64,000 nt of DNA, from the NCBI GenBank assembly GCA_001780985.1, contig MFJV01000001.1:300049-364048 (forward strand), read 5' to 3'. Positions within the stretch are counted from its first letter, which is position 1. Each line of letters begins with the position of its first letter. The stretch is from Candidatus Gottesmanbacteria bacterium RIFCSPLOWO2_01_FULL_43_11b. Its GTDB lineage: Bacteria; Patescibacteriota; Microgenomatia; UBA10105; UBA927. Position numbers and translations under genes: made by a program. A model generated the notes under the pieces. The model saw only the letters and a program-made list of their open reading frames with translations. It was not told the DNA's origin and did not search any database. Below, piece by piece: positions 1-12,122 of the stretch.

Positions 1-404
1 ATCACTCGAAGCTAAAAAGTGCCAGGTTTAGACTACTCAATAATTATTGACTAATTACTGCCTCCATTCCCCCATATTGATCACTTTATATTCCTCGGTA
101 CTCTTATTTTAAATAATAAAACTATAAGGCCTTAAAATATACTCCTATAGGGTATTACTATAAAATAGCCCGTTTTATCGCTCTTTTCGATTCCCGCATT
201 ATTTACTGAGTTTTTTGTAAAAAAATGGTAAGTAATCATGTTTATCAAACTATATCATACAAAATATATTGATTAATGATATATTTTGATTCTTTAATCA
301 CAGCTAAAATATTTATGCGGTAATGCGTGAAAACTACTCTTTATTTCTTTTATTACCCTACTCACTTTTATCACTAAAGAGAACTCAAGTACATCATTTC
401 CCTC

Positions 405-433
405 TTGACACCTTTATTAATAATGGTTTTACT
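405..433 (+). promoter_or_regulatory. Putative sigma70 promoter for the integrase-SAM/giant-protein operon
   Basis: TTGACA at 405-410, 17-nt spacer, weak -10 TTTACT at 428-433, 6 nt before ATG 440. Confidence 0.4.
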
Positions 434-439
434 GGATAT

Positions 440-970
440 ATGGTTAATAAATTTCAAACGAATGCGTCTAATGTGCCGTATTATCTGAATAATCTGGAAA
501 TGTTATTTACCGATTTTTTACAGCAGGCGGGATCATCGGAAAAAACGCGGAAAAACTACAAAAGTGACGCGAATCATTTCTTAGGCTGGTTTATTTTCAA
601 ACTTGAATCCGCGGATCGTCTCCCTCATTCGCATATTGAATTCGTTCAGCGCATCACTCCGCGGTTCGTTGAGCAATATAAAACTTTTTTGCTAGTAAAC
701 AATATTCCAACAGCAACAATCAATCGCAGGCTCTCAACCATTCGAAGTTTTTTCAATTTCTGTCAAACACAAAAGTGGATTTCAGACAGCCCTGCTAAGA
801 ATCTTGCCACTGTTCGATCAAAAAAATTAGAACAGTCACGTTCCCAGGAAGACATACTTTCGTCATTTGCGCGGGATCTCAAAATGGAGGGTGCTTCAAG
901 GGCGACAATAAAAAATTACGTAAGCGACGTCCGGCTTTTTCTCCGTTGGAAAGATATTTATGCCGTTTAA
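440..970 (+). CDS. Integrase N-terminal SAM-like (core-binding) domain protein lacking the catalytic domain
   Basis: XerD-like N-terminal pattern F..FL....S..T.KNY.SD...F..W ... [15 protein letters not shown], then a second half-domain ([18 protein letters not shown]); no R-H-x-x-R-Y catalytic region; start moved from 323 to ATG 440. Confidence 0.8.
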   Translation: MVNKFQTNASNVPYYLNNLEMLFTDFLQQAGSSEKTRKNYKSDANHFLGWFIFKLESADRLPHSHIEFVQRITPRFVEQYKTFLLVNNIPTATINRRLSTIRSFFNFCQTQKWISDSPAKNLATVRSKKLEQSRSQEDILSSFARDLKMEGASRATIKNYVSDVRLFLRWKDIYAV

Positions 971-3900
971 ACCTGCCAATCTCACCCAATACGAAGAACA
1001 CCTTGCTGACCAAGGATACTCTCCTGCAACAATTGCGCGAAAAAAAGCCTCTGTAGGTAAATTTCAACAGTGGGCTGATTCGCGGGAAACGATTACGATA
1101 CCGGCTGAAAACGAACACCCACGGAAAAGTCGCGCATGGATGTATGGAGTTTTGTTAGCACTTGGTGGTATTGGATTGCTAACCATGATCGTCATAGTAC
1201 TGTTGAATCAACAAAGCCGGGTAGCCCCAGCAATTACCAGCCGTGCAGTTGTTGTTGAACCAACACCTGGCACTCGGCCTACCCCGACTGCTACTCCTAC
1301 CCCAGAGGTAAGCACGGTTGCAAAATCTCAAGAGATCCCCTCATCTCAAGCATATACGATCAGCGGAGAGACTGTTACTATCACTACTTCCCCATTTAGC
1401 AACGGCGACATAACGCTCGCACCCGATGGTCAGGGACAGTTCCTCATTCGATCGAGTACAAGCACAGAGAATTCCGTAGATGTTCGCAATGCCAATTTAA
1501 CAACCGGTGCCCTTCTCTACGGGAATGTAGGTAACAGCAATCTTGGGTATGATTTCCTGCGCTTTACCAACGGCCCGGATGAAAAACTCCACTTCTCGGT
1601 CGATGCCTCCGGCAATACCTATATCGGAGGAAATGCAACGATTGAAAATATCCTGCTTGTCGATGAATTAAAGACTAAAGATGCCTCAGCCATACAGCTG
1701 GACAATGCCATCACGTTTAAAGATGCCGGTACGATATCAACAACCAATGGTAATTTGAATCTCCAACCCTCTGGAGTCGTGAATATTCCGGTAATTATCC
1801 AAAATCTCTCAACAAGTAACAGTGGGAGGGTGCAAATCAACGATGATTTACAAATCTATGGATCAGAATGGATTTCAGGGGGGTTAGATGTCAATGGTCG
1901 TACAATTCTCAACAGCAGCCTTCTCATTAAAAATGGTTATGGGCTGCCTGGGTTTGAATTTACTCTTGCCGGCGATGCGACAATTTCCGGAAGTCTTTCT
2001 CTTGCCCCGAACGTGCCGGGTTACGTTGGCACATGCGATTCAAGTAAAGCAGGACTGATCTATTATGATGGAGTTGTAAATATTCTGTACTATTGTAATG
2101 GAACAACATGGGTTTCTGCTGAAAGCGGTGTGGGCGGTCCCACCGGTGCGACTGGGGCGACTGGGGCAACGGGAGCCACCGGAGCGACAGGAACGGCTGG
2201 AGCTTCCGGCCCAACGGGTGCTACCGGAGCGACAGGCGGAGCTGGTCCGACTGGGAGCACCGGAGCAACGGGGGGTGCTGGTGCTTCTGGACCGACCGGG
2301 TCAACTGGTGCAACCGGTGGAGCCGGTATAGGTGGAGCAACGGGGAGCACAGGCTCTACGGGAACAGATGGACCAACCGGACCAACCGGGGCGACAGGGT
2401 CTGCTGGACCAACGGGAGCGACCGGAGCGACAGGAGATGGCGGTCCGACGGGATCCACGGGTGCAACCGGAGCAGATGGACCGACGGGTGCAACAGGCGC
2501 AACCGGAGCTACCGGTACTGCTGGAGCTTCTGGTCCAACCGGAGCGACCGGGCCAACAGGAGGTCCCGGTATTGGAGGGGCTACAGGAAGTACAGGTTCC
2601 ACAGGAGTTGAAGGGCCCACCGGAAGCACGGGGGCGACGGGAGCGAATGGACCCACAGGAAGTACCGGCCCCACTGGGTCAAATGGACCAACGGGGGCGA
2701 CGGGGGCCACGGGTGCAGCCGGAAGCGATGGGCCAACGGGAAGTACGGGGGCCACCGGAGGCGGGGGGCCAACCGGACCAACGGGAACAACCGGTGCTAA
2801 CGGACCAACCGGAAGTACAGGGCCGACGGGGGCCAATGGACCAACGGGAAGTACGGGGGCGACGGGAGCAACGGGAACGGTGGGAGCAAGTGGGCCGACC
2901 GGAAGTACAGGAGCAACAGGGGCTAGTGGGCCGACCGGAAGTACAGGAGCAACAGGAGCTAATGGACCGACGGGATCTACTGGTGCTACAGGCGCAACAG
3001 GGACCGCAGGTGCTTCCGGACCGACGGGAAGTACAGGTGCAACCGGTGGTAACGGACCCACTGGATCGACCGGACCGACGGGATCTGCCGGACCAACCGG
3101 AGCGACTGGTGCGACGGGGGCCACGGGCACTGCTGGTGCGAGTGGACCAACAGGGGCGACTGGGGCAACTGGTTCTAATGGACCAACGGGAAGCACAGGA
3201 ACTACCGGATCAAATGGTCCTACTGGAGCCACAGGCGCAACGGGAGCTACTGGTGCGGCAGGTGCTTCCGGTCCTACAGGAGCAACCGGGTCAACGGGAG
3301 GAGATGGTCCGACGGGAAGTACCGGTGCAACAGGAACAAATGGACCCACCGGTGCAACCGGAGCCACAGGCGCAACAGGTGCAACCGGCGCAAATGGGCC
3401 CACTGGGGCAACCGGAGCGACGGGCGCAACCGGAGCGACGGGAACCGCCGGCGCTTCCGGACCTACCGGCGCAACAGGAGCAACCGGCGCAACGGGAGCA
3501 ACCGGAGACAACGGTCCCACGGGAAGTACCGGCGCAACAGGTGCAACCGGAGGGGATGGTCCGACAGGTCCCACCGGGACAACGGGGGCTAATGGGCCGA
3601 CCGGTGCAACGGGTGCAACGGGTGCAACGGGTGCAAATGGGCCAACAGGATCGACAGGGGCAACTGGCGCAACAGGAACAGATGGGCCGACAGGATCAAC
3701 GGGTGCAACAGGAACGGGTGGCCTCGGTGGTGCAACGGGGGCAACGGGAGGAACAGGAGTTGCTGGTTCTTCCGGACCGACCGGGGCAACTGGCGCAACC
3801 GGGGGAACTGGCGCAACCGGGGTACAGGGACCGACAGGTACGACTGGTTCAACGGGAACAACGGGAGCAAACGGCCCAACTGGGATGACTGGGGCTACCG

Positions 3901-6900
3901 GCGAACGTGGTGCCGCGGGTGAAAATCTCTTTGATCAAACGAATAATCTTATTTACCCCTACCCTGTCGTCAATCGCAGTATTGCTTTGGGAAGCGACAT
4001 ATTTTCTCCCGCCGATGATCCGTCAACAACATCAACTGCGAGTGCCCTTATCATGCTCAATGGCGATAATGGACAGATCTGGGGAGCAGATACTACGATA
4101 GGAAAAAACATCCGGACCGACCTACGAGCACTTAGTAACGTCACCGATGTGTTCGTCTATGATACAAGCAAAGACTCCGACGCCGGATTATGGAGAAATG
4201 ATGATCGGGGCAAAGCAACAAGCTGGTACAACGAAACCATTGATAACCCGGCCGCCACCTGTGTCGTGGATACCGACGATCGCTGTGGCAACAGAGAGTT
4301 TCCAGCCAAAGCCATTATCGTCGTAACTACTACCAAAATGTATATATATGATGCATACGATAACACGCTGTGGATGGATTTCCGCAAAGGCGCGACCACG
4401 ATCGAGCAAATGATCGGGCCGACCGATAATTCCACAGGTTCCAGTGTCTGGGCGTTAAACGGCAAGATTTACTATGCAAATAACGGCTCGGTCGGAGGTC
4501 TCTATGTCATCGATCTTCTCAACGACCGTGCCTACAAATACGACGCCACTAATGATTACGTCGGCGACAAAACCGTGGGAACCAGAAATTCGACGGTCAC
4601 CTGGACGGCCGGACCATCATCACCCATCGTGAATGCAACGATCAATGATATCATGGCACGGGTCATCGGTGGAGACACATACGCTGTCGTAGGAACCGAT
4701 GCAGGTATGTCCGTCATTAACGAAACCGACCGCGCGGTCTTTGATTATGACGATGAGGTGGGAACGGCAGATAACGACTACAATAGCGTCTGGCTCGACC
4801 GTGATGGTAATCTCTGGGACCTCAACGAAACTGCGGGGCAGCTCGATAAATGGACAAACGTCATTGCTGACTCTGCCGATGAAAATCCCGGTAATCCGGA
4901 TACCGTCTGGGACGAATCCTCTACCCCGGCGCTTTTTGACAGCGCGCAAACGATAAACGTGGCACCTTCTGCCCTCACCGTCCGTGAGGGGACGAGTACG
5001 GTGGACGGAAAATCTCCGACCGTTTACGTCGGCCACAATGGCGGACTCACGGCGCTTTCTACCAAGGCAGATGATGAAACCAACGGCTCGGTCAAATATT
5101 ACACCAACTCATATATTACCGAAGAAATGATAGGAGATATCCGCGGCATGTGGCCTTTATACGGCAGTGGTTCCATTGCCGACGGAACCAACAATATCGA
5201 CGATGCCTCAGTCAAATCCGAAGAGCTCACCGCCAAAAATGCCAACGGCACAGGTCTTGCCTACGCCACAGGAGTACGGGGAACGGGAATAAGTTTTGAC
5301 GGAACCGACGATTATCTCTGTTCCGACACGAATGATGACGACACCTGCGACGACACAGCAAATCTTGAATTCGGCGCATCACCCACATTCTCCTACGGGA
5401 CATGGTTCAATGTTAATTCCTCCGGAGGGAATGAATGCGCCGTCAGTGATAAAAATGGGTGTGTAAACTCGACGGCCGGCTACTCCGTGTATAAGGATAC
5501 CACGGACAAGATTGTATGCCGCATCGCAGACGGAAGCAACGCCGCAACGGCCACAACCGTCGGGACACATGCCGACAGCCTTTGGCACCAGGTAACCTGT
5601 ACCGTGGATGGATCAAACATCCGAATCTACATCGATGGGATTCTTGACGCGACATCAAGTATTGCAACCGTGACTGGCTCAACCAACAACACATTACCAT
5701 TTATTATTGGGGGTCAGGGGTCACCAACCACCAATTTTTTCTCGGGATCTATTGACGATGTTTTCGTTACGGCGGAAGCTCTCACTCCGGGTCAGATCAG
5801 AAACCTATACCAAGTTGGCTACCGCGCTTCGCAAAACCATACAGCAGGACGAATTACAAATATCGGAGCGGATGATTATCAGCATCTTTTGGGAAATGCC
5901 TCCGGCGGCACCTCAACCAGTAGCCGTGTGTTTTCTGCCGCAGTCGATGATAGCAATCAATTTATTTATGCCGGAATCAACTCAAGCGGCGATAACACCG
6001 GTGGAGTGACGGTGCTTGGAATTGACAGCGACAGTGCTCTTGATCTTTATGACACAACGGCAAATACCAGTAAAGACGACGATATCGGTACGCAGTTTAA
6101 CGCCAGCGATGCGCTTGCGATATCTGTAGCTGGTGCTCCGTGCCCTGCGTACAACGGCGGCACGACCGCCTGCAACAATAGTGCCACCCTCGCAATCGCC
6201 GGAACTGACGATACGAACTATCGAGTCTGGATGGAGACGTCGGAAATATCACTGTATAACGCGCTTTCTCTTATCAGTAGTCCGTCACTCACGAAAAACA
6301 ATATGACCGTCAACAACATATTCACGATCTACAATACCTATAACAATCTGGATCAATCATCTACAGGAGAAACGATCCAAACCCCGGCGCTTTCCGTCGA
6401 CAGCAACGGGAACCTCGTCTACAACTATCTCGGCACATCAACAAGCGCAACAGCCATGGACTTCAACGATTCCGTACTCACTACAGGAACCATGCTTGAT
6501 CTAACTTCCACGACGCTCACGACGGGAGATGCGCTCAAAATTACCACAAACGCCCTCACGAGCGGCAATGCGCTCGATATTTCCTCAACGAGCACGGCCA
6601 TGACGGGCGATTTGGCGGCGATTACGCTTTCCGGAAGTAACGCTGCCAACACCGGCTCGCTTCTTTCTCTCACTAATAGTGGTACAGCTAATACCGGGGA
6701 GACTCTCTATATCAAACACTATGCTACCGGTACAAATAATCTCGCGATGCGCGTAGACGATGTAAGTAGCGATACGTCACCCTTTGTCATAGACGGCGCA
6801 GGCAACGTCGGCATCGGCCAGTCGGCGCCAGTCAGTCAACTTTATATTGGAAACAATGCCGACAGCTGGACCGATGCGTCCAACTCCCAGGTGACCATAG

Positions 6901-9900
6901 AAGGCGTTGATAATGAAACGACAGTCAAAGCGTTTTCGGTGAAAGATGAAAATGCAAACGAGTACTTCTTCCTTAGCTCCGTTGCCGGCTCTAACAACGG
7001 AATAGCATATTTCAAAGGCAATGTTGGCATTGGCGATACTGGTCCGGATTATCATCTGGAAATCAGCGATACCACCGATACTCCGGTTCTGGCCCTTTCT
7101 GATGATGATATCGCCCAGGGATTCACCACAGATGTAGCAGAGACAGACGTGTTTGCTCACCTTACCTCCCTCTCCACAACTGCAGGAGGAGTCCAGTTCA
7201 CTGCGCTTTCCGATACTGACGCTCAAGCCCTTTCCATCAAGGCCGGTATTGGATCTGCAACCCCTACGGATACGACGCCCGCGATCAAGTTTATCGGTGG
7301 TAAATTAAGTGGTACGACATTCGGCGATCTTGACGTCACCTCTGCAATCACGTCAACTACCGCAGAAACGGTCTTCCAAATTGCCAACAACAATGACACT
7401 GCGGGATTTACTATGTTGGGGAATGGAAATATAGCTATTGGTAATAATGTAAGCCCTTTGGGAAAACTGGTTATTACTTCAAATCCCTTAGGGTCCGACT
7501 ACACAACCGGCCACGCGGCACTCATCGTCGACCAATTTGAAACCCAGGATATTATCGCCGCATCCGCCTCTGGAGTACTTCGCTTCAAAGTAGAAAGCGA
7601 CGGAGATGTTGTTTCGCAACGGTTTATGGATTCGGCAGACAATACTTACCTCATAGATCCGGCGAACGCCAGCACGGCTCTTACCCTAGCAGGAAGTGCC
7701 GGAATCGGCGACACCACACCCGATTATCTTTTGGAATTATATGACGCAACCGCCACACCCGCGTTTGCTCTTTCCGATGATGATATCGGCCATGGGGTTA
7801 CTACCCTGGTCCAAACAGACGTCTTTGGGCATCTGTCCTCGGTCTCCTCGTCCGACGGGGGCCTACAAGTAACCGGACTGGCCGACGCTACGGGAATAGC
7901 GTTGGGGCTCAAAGGGGTTCAGTCTTCCAATCCGACAGACACAACACCTGCAATTTCACTCATCGGAACCAAAGCCAATGGCACGGGGGTTCAGGATTTG
8001 GATTCTGCAGAAACCGTGCTCCAAATAGCCAACAACGATAATACCGCAGCCCTGACAGTTCTAGGAAATGATTATGTCGGAATCGGGACAACCACCCCGT
8101 CAACCCCGCTTGAAGTTGCAATTAATAACGCCACCAATAACGACATTACCAATCTTTTAACCCTGACCCACACCACCTCCGGAACTGCCACAGGTGGCCT
8201 TGATGCTGTCCTTCTCCATATGGACGGAGATGATGCTTCAACGACTTTTACTGACGAATCAGGCAAAACATGGACAGCCAACGCCAATGCCCAGATTGAC
8301 ACGGCTCAAAGCAAGTTCGGCGGAGCATCGGGTTTATTTGACGGCACCGGTGATTACATTAACACCGCAGATCATGACGACTTTTATCTCGGCAGCAGAG
8401 ACTGGACCTTTGATTTCTGGATAAGACATGTATCAAATGCCACAGATGAATATATCTTTACTCAATATGCAGATGCCAACAATTATTTCTACATCCTGGC
8501 AAATGGAGGGGGAAATACGCTAGCTATCGTACAGGCAGATTCAAGCACAACCAGATGGTCATTCACAGCCCCGTGGAATCCGACAAACGCCACCTGGTAT
8601 CATGTCGCAATCGAAAGAGAAGGAAACACTCCAAGAATATTCATAGGCGGTGTAGCTCAAACTGTTACCGAGGTAACCACAATTGCCGGAAAAACGGCGG
8701 CTGACATTGCCGCAAGCCCAAGAATCGGGATAAACGGGGTGGGCAGCGCAGGTCTTAACGGCTGGCTGGATGATTTCAGGTTTACCAACGGCACTGCCCG
8801 CTGGAGCAGCAACTTCACCCCGCCGGCAAGCGCAGTCACCTATCAAGGGGGAACAGTCACCGGAATAGGGACAGGTCTTCTTTTCAGGACGGAAGATTCG
8901 GCCGGCAATACGGAAAACGCCGGCAGGATATATTCTGCTCTAAATAAAACCACCGACGGAGAGGAGACGTCCCAAATGACTTTTGAGACAAGAACCGGCG
9001 GAGCGGCTCTAACTCCCGCGATGAGACTTAACGGAATCGGGAATCTAACCCTAAAAGGTTCGCTAATTCAATCCAGCACACCGGATATTGCCGAAAATGT
9101 GATTGTGACTGACCCGACGGTTGAGGCGGGAGATATCGTGGTAATTGATCCGTCCTATCAACCGCCGGAGGGGGCCAATATTTATAACCGCTTTGCCGCC
9201 AAAAAGGCCGAGACACCCTATTCGCAGCAGCTTCTGGGAGTAATTTCGCAGGACCCGGGAATTATTCTTAATGCCCCTGAAGACGCGGTTGATACCGGCG
9301 AGCAAAGTGCTGCCAACGAGCGGCCTTTGGCTATTGCCGGCCGTGTTCCGGTCAGGGTTTCCACAATTAACGGCAATATTAAAAATGGCGACGCCATTAC
9401 CGCCTCGATGATTCCCGGAGTCGGGATGAAGGCAACCGGCGAAGGCAATATCGTAGGCCGCGCTCTGCAGGCATTTAGCTGTGAATCTCCCGATACTCCC
9501 TGCGAGGGCAAAATCCTTGTCCTTGTGTCCACTTCCTGGCATAAACCCAAAATTTTTGAAGAGGGCGGGATAATAACCACGATCATCCAGGACGCCCAAA
9601 CTTTGGTGTATCAGGTGGTGCAAACGACGGCCGAGGGCATTGACCGGATCGCCGAGGAGATTGGAGTTTACGCCAATTTAATCGCGGCAAACATTAACGC
9701 GGGACTGATTGAAACAAAAGAACTCAAAACCGATACTCTCTCTCCCATTGCTTCGGATAGCGCAGGGATCGCCGTACGCCTAGGGCCGGAACAAACGTTT
9801 ACCATCACCGACAGAGAAGGCACTCCGTCTGCACGCTTTGACAACTTGGGGAACGCTACATTCTCTGGTGAACTAACTGCGAGTGAAGCAAGTATTTCCG

Positions 9901-10658
9901 GCAATTTATATGCTGACCGTGTTCAGACTTCGTTTGGAGATTTAGATGCTCGGCTGATTGGTCTCGAAGCGTCAATTTCAGCTATTGGTTACATTGCTCC
10001 ACCTGATGAGTCAACAAGTTTAGCAACCAATGTTCCTGACCTCACCGTCGCCAATAATCTAACCGTCTACGGACAGACGAGTTTAGGCCCCGTAAGTGTT
10101 GCCGGATCTCTCCTTGTTGATGGCGTCATACAGTTGTCGCAGCAGGGAATCGACTTTCTCGGTGACACGTTAGATTTTCTCAGCGGCGTTCTTCGCCTAA
10201 GTGCAAACAGAATTGAAGTCGGCGCGCCCATTGCTCCCATTCCAGGCCAAGATCTCACGATAGATCTCGAAAAACCGTCATCCGGCTTCGGCACGCTTCT
10301 CGTCAAAGGAAATGTTTACACTGAGGGCAATATCGCTGCCCGAAGTGCCACTGTCTCGGGCGAACTCACCACCCGAAAGCTCATTATAGCTAACGATCAA
10401 GCCTCACCAAGTGCGGAACTATCTGAAATTTCAAGTAACGCGACAGTCGGAGTCGGCACAATACAAGCTGAATCACTCGAAGTAACTATTCCCACTACTG
10501 CAGTAACAGATTCATCATACATCTATATCACACCGACAACTTCTACAAATAACCAAGTACTATATGTAAAGTACAAGATCGCCGGAAGCGGATTCGTTGT
10601 CGGATTTGATCAAATTGTTCCTGCTGATGTGGAGTTTAACTGGTGGGTGATTAATTAA
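960..10658 (+). CDS. Giant (3232 aa) membrane-anchored surface protein: half SAM-like domain, TM helix, collagen stalk, LamG domains, tail-fibre-like repeats, peptidase G2/IMC-like region
   Basis: N-term [18 protein letters not shown]; TM ~1137-1205; PTPT linker; G-X-Y run 2127-3926; LamG motifs ([30 protein letters not shown]); GNVGIG repeats; [22 protein letters not shown]; ends WWVIN. Confidence 0.9.
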   Translation: MPFKPANLTQYEEHLADQGYSPATIARKKASVGKFQQWADSRETITIPAENEHPRKSRAWMYGVLLALGGIGLLTMIVIVLLNQQSRVAPAITSRAVVVEPTPGTRPTPTATPTPEVSTVAKSQEIPSSQAYTISGETVTITTSPFSNGDITLAPDGQGQFLIRSSTSTENSVDVRNANLTTGALLYGNVGNSNLGYDFLRFTNGPDEKLHFSVDASGNTYIGGNATIENILLVDELKTKDASAIQLDNAITFKDAGTISTTNGNLNLQPSGVVNIPVIIQNLSTSNSGRVQINDDLQIYGSEWISGGLDVNGRTILNSSLLIKNGYGLPGFEFTLAGDATISGSLSLAPNVPGYVGTCDSSKAGLIYYDGVVNILYYCNGTTWVSAESGVGGPTGATGATGATGATGATGTAGASGPTGATGATGGAGPTGSTGATGGAGASGPTGSTGATGGAGIGGATGSTGSTGTDGPTGPTGATGSAGPTGATGATGDGGPTGSTGATGADGPTGATGATGATGTAGASGPTGATGPTGGPGIGGATGSTGSTGVEGPTGSTGATGANGPTGSTGPTGSNGPTGATGATGAAGSDGPTGSTGATGGGGPTGPTGTTGANGPTGSTGPTGANGPTGSTGATGATGTVGASGPTGSTGATGASGPTGSTGATGANGPTGSTGATGATGTAGASGPTGSTGATGGNGPTGSTGPTGSAGPTGATGATGATGTAGASGPTGATGATGSNGPTGSTGTTGSNGPTGATGATGATGAAGASGPTGATGSTGGDGPTGSTGATGTNGPTGATGATGATGATGANGPTGATGATGATGATGTAGASGPTGATGATGATGATGDNGPTGSTGATGATGGDGPTGPTGTTGANGPTGATGATGATGANGPTGSTGATGATGTDGPTGSTGATGTGGLGGATGATGGTGVAGSSGPTGATGATGGTGATGVQGPTGTTGSTGTTGANGPTGMTGATGERGAAGENLFDQTNNLIYPYPVVNRSIALGSDIFSPADDPSTTSTASALIMLNGDNGQIWGADTTIGKNIRTDLRALSNVTDVFVYDTSKDSDAGLWRNDDRGKATSWYNETIDNPAATCVVDTDDRCGNREFPAKAIIVVTTTKMYIYDAYDNTLWMDFRKGATTIEQMIGPTDNSTGSSVWALNGKIYYANNGSVGGLYVIDLLNDRAYKYDATNDYVGDKTVGTRNSTVTWTAGPSSPIVNATINDIMARVIGGDTYAVVGTDAGMSVINETDRAVFDYDDEVGTADNDYNSVWLDRDGNLWDLNETAGQLDKWTNVIADSADENPGNPDTVWDESSTPALFDSAQTINVAPSALTVREGTSTVDGKSPTVYVGHNGGLTALSTKADDETNGSVKYYTNSYITEEMIGDIRGMWPLYGSGSIADGTNNIDDASVKSEELTAKNANGTGLAYATGVRGTGISFDGTDDYLCSDTNDDDTCDDTANLEFGASPTFSYGTWFNVNSSGGNECAVSDKNGCVNSTAGYSVYKDTTDKIVCRIADGSNAATATTVGTHADSLWHQVTCTVDGSNIRIYIDGILDATSSIATVTGSTNNTLPFIIGGQGSPTTNFFSGSIDDVFVTAEALTPGQIRNLYQVGYRASQNHTAGRITNIGADDYQHLLGNASGGTSTSSRVFSAAVDDSNQFIYAGINSSGDNTGGVTVLGIDSDSALDLYDTTANTSKDDDIGTQFNASDALAISVAGAPCPAYNGGTTACNNSATLAIAGTDDTNYRVWMETSEISLYNALSLISSPSLTKNNMTVNNIFTIYNTYNNLDQSSTGETIQTPALSVDSNGNLVYNYLGTSTSATAMDFNDSVLTTGTMLDLTSTTLTTGDALKITTNALTSGNALDISSTSTAMTGDLAAITLSGSNAANTGSLLSLTNSGTANTGETLYIKHYATGTNNLAMRVDDVSSDTSPFVIDGAGNVGIGQSAPVSQLYIGNNADSWTDASNSQVTIEGVDNETTVKAFSVKDENANEYFFLSSVAGSNNGIAYFKGNVGIGDTGPDYHLEISDTTDTPVLALSDDDIAQGFTTDVAETDVFAHLTSLSTTAGGVQFTALSDTDAQALSIKAGIGSATPTDTTPAIKFIGGKLSGTTFGDLDVTSAITSTTAETVFQIANNNDTAGFTMLGNGNIAIGNNVSPLGKLVITSNPLGSDYTTGHAALIVDQFETQDIIAASASGVLRFKVESDGDVVSQRFMDSADNTYLIDPANASTALTLAGSAGIGDTTPDYLLELYDATATPAFALSDDDIGHGVTTLVQTDVFGHLSSVSSSDGGLQVTGLADATGIALGLKGVQSSNPTDTTPAISLIGTKANGTGVQDLDSAETVLQIANNDNTAALTVLGNDYVGIGTTTPSTPLEVAINNATNNDITNLLTLTHTTSGTATGGLDAVLLHMDGDDASTTFTDESGKTWTANANAQIDTAQSKFGGASGLFDGTGDYINTADHDDFYLGSRDWTFDFWIRHVSNATDEYIFTQYADANNYFYILANGGGNTLAIVQADSSTTRWSFTAPWNPTNATWYHVAIEREGNTPRIFIGGVAQTVTEVTTIAGKTAADIAASPRIGINGVGSAGLNGWLDDFRFTNGTARWSSNFTPPASAVTYQGGTVTGIGTGLLFRTEDSAGNTENAGRIYSALNKTTDGEETSQMTFETRTGGAALTPAMRLNGIGNLTLKGSLIQSSTPDIAENVIVTDPTVEAGDIVVIDPSYQPPEGANIYNRFAAKKAETPYSQQLLGVISQDPGIILNAPEDAVDTGEQSAANERPLAIAGRVPVRVSTINGNIKNGDAITASMIPGVGMKATGEGNIVGRALQAFSCESPDTPCEGKILVLVSTSWHKPKIFEEGGIITTIIQDAQTLVYQVVQTTAEGIDRIAEEIGVYANLIAANINAGLIETKELKTDTLSPIASDSAGIAVRLGPEQTFTITDREGTPSARFDNLGNATFSGELTASEASISGNLYADRVQTSFGDLDARLIGLEASISAIGYIAPPDESTSLATNVPDLTVANNLTVYGQTSLGPVSVAGSLLVDGVIQLSQQGIDFLGDTLDFLSGVLRLSANRIEVGAPIAPIPGQDLTIDLEKPSSGFGTLLVKGNVYTEGNIAARSATVSGELTTRKLIIANDQASPSAELSEISSNATVGVGTIQAESLEVTIPTTAVTDSSYIYITPTTSTNNQVLYVKYKIAGSGFVVGFDQIVPADVEFNWWVIN
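2127..3926 (+). repeat. Collagen-like (Gly-X-Y)n coding repeat, about 200 triplets, Thr-rich at Y
   Basis: GAT/GPT/GST triplets in register over 1800 nt with diversified codons. Confidence 0.95.
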
Positions 10659-10705
10659 CTTTACAACTTACAACTTTACAACTTATAACTTGATAATTTA
10701 CAACT
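10655..10705 (+). repeat. Heptamer tandem array (TTACAAC)n, left arm of an inverted pair
   Basis: TTAACT TTACAAC TTACAAC T TTACAAC TTATAAC TTGATAAT TTACAAC. Confidence 0.9.
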
Positions 10706-10710
10706 AGGTA

Positions 10711-11070
10711 ATGAAAAAATTTCGTTTTCTCGAGTGGAAAGTTTACAAAGACGCGAAGAATCTATTCGCTAGACTCCTTACGATTGTTAAAAGACTTCCA
10801 AAAGAATATCGTTTTGAATTGGGAAGTCAGATTATTAGATCGGGACTTTCTGTTGTGCTCAATATAGCCGAGGGAAGTGGGAAAAATTCAGATAAGGAAC
10901 TTAACCGTTATTTCGATATCTCCCTTGGGTCATTACATGAAGTTTTGGCATGCATTGATGTACTGAAAGACAATAAGCTTATAACAGAAAAAGAGTTTAA
11001 TGATATTTTTACTTTAGTAAATGAAATTTCCAACCAATTAGGAGGCTTCAAGAAAGTTGTTAAGTTGTAA
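10711..11070 (+). CDS. Four helix bundle protein (23S rRNA IVS protein / Avd-like fold)
   Basis: LPKEYRFELGSQIIRSGLSVVLNIAEGSGK...YFDISLGSLHE family signature, 119 aa. Confidence 0.92.
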   Translation: MKKFRFLEWKVYKDAKNLFARLLTIVKRLPKEYRFELGSQIIRSGLSVVLNIAEGSGKNSDKELNRYFDISLGSLHEVLACIDVLKDNKLITEKEFNDIFTLVNEISNQLGGFKKVVKL

Positions 11071-11104
11071 GTTGTAAGTTGTAAGTTGTAAGTTGCGTAG
11101 TTAA
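11056..11104 (-). repeat. Heptamer tandem array (GTTGTAA)n, reverse complement of the left arm
   Basis: GTTGTTAA then 4 perfect GTTGTAA (11064-11091) then GTTGCGTAGTTAA; supplies the TAA stop of the gene. Confidence 0.92.
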
Positions 11105-11580
11105 TCCGCACACAATTTATATTCCCCGGGGGTAGGGGTGGGATATCCGCAGCGGGCTTGGCTCGCTCCGATATCTGCGTCTGAGGCGTTCTCAAGAACA
11201 ACTTTTGCCAGAAAATCATCTGTATCAGTCGGTTTAAGAGGATGCCGGTTATACAAATACTCGACCGGTAGATTTTTCATGTACACGGTCTCTCCGCCCG
11301 ACGGCCCTGCTTGAAAAGGACCTGTCTGGGAACAGGCTGACGTCCCCGTAGTCCCACAGCCATTGATGAGAGTGCCTGTGCCGCTCGGGTAACTATTAAA
11401 GTCATTGTAATAGAGCCGAAGAGCACTTTTGAGCTCCCGCAGTTCCGCTTTTCTCTTGGCATCTTTAGCCCGCTGTCTGGCTCCAAGAAAATTTGGAAGT
11501 GCTACACCCACGAGGGCGGCAATAATCGTTATGACAACCAGAAGTTCGATAAGTGAAAAACCTTTCTTACTATTTTTCAT
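11101..11580 (-). CDS. Type IV pilin / GspG-like protein
   Basis: Class III signal KKG|FSLIELLVVI, hydrophobic helix, DAKRKAEL..LKSALRLYYND, Cys pairs. Confidence 0.9.
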   Translation of the reverse strand: MKNSKKGFSLIELLVVITIIAALVGVALPNFLGARQRAKDAKRKAELRELKSALRLYYNDFNSYPSGTGTLINGCGTTGTSACSQTGPFQAGPSGGETVYMKNLPVEYLYNRHPLKPTDTDDFLAKVVLENASDADIGASQARCGYPTPTPGEYKLCAD

Positions 11581-12122
11581 GGATCGTTTATGAGTGTTCT
11601 TCCTGTATTTGGTGTTGTATTGGTACTACTCCTTCCATAATTACACAATTTTGTCCCGCAGTACAGGTTTTGGTACGCTTGGGGCGTACTGCCGCTTTTT
11701 TGTACATCTGCATCATCGGTATTTTCCAATCGTGCATAGAGCTGGTAGGAATTATTTCCACCACCGACATCATAATAGTACGAGTGAATTGCAATTGGAT
11801 CTTCGGGAAGTTCTACCATGTAGATCGTGTTGTTTTGATCTTTAAATTCCTCTCCCCATTCGCATACTGTTGCCCCGGCTGACCCGCACGCAGTAATCTT
11901 ACCTCCGCTATTATCATTCGGGTATTTACCGGTGTCGTTAAAATAAAGCTCGAGAGCAGAAGTAACATTTTTTATATCCGTTTTCCTTCGGCTATCACGG
12001 CTTTTGGTTTGGGATGATCGGAATGTCCCAAGTCCGAGGGTAATGAGTATCGCCAAAATCAGAATGACGACGATTAACTCTATGAGTGTAAATCCGCGCG
12101 ATTTCAAAAGTTTATTATTCAT
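11577..12122 (-). CDS. Type IV pilin / GspG-like protein
   Basis: Start MNNKLLKSRG|FTLIEL at 12122; RDSRRKTDI..ALELYFND.GKYP; LPEDP. Confidence 0.9.
   Translation of the reverse strand: MNNKLLKSRGFTLIELIVVILILAILITLGLGTFRSSQTKSRDSRRKTDIKNVTSALELYFNDTGKYPNDNSGGKITACGSAGATVCEWGEEFKDQNNTIYMVELPEDPIAIHSYYYDVGGGNNSYQLYARLENTDDADVQKSGSTPQAYQNLYCGTKLCNYGRSSTNTTPNTGRTLINDP

Noticed and set aside
1-439. Replication origin
   Set aside because: AT-rich, but no TTATCCACA-type DnaA boxes or replication genes visible
2090-3888. Long alternative-frame and antisense ORFs (494 aa, 518 aa)
   Set aside because: Shadows of the stop-poor collagen repeat
440-10658. Prophage (integrase plus tail fibre)
   Set aside because: No catalytic integrase domain, att repeats, capsid, terminase or portal genes; the fibre has a TM anchor
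10655-11104. CRISPR array, IS terminal repeats or rRNA intervening sequence
   Set aside because: 7-nt units without spacers, no transposase or target duplication, and the flanks are protein genes rather than rRNA
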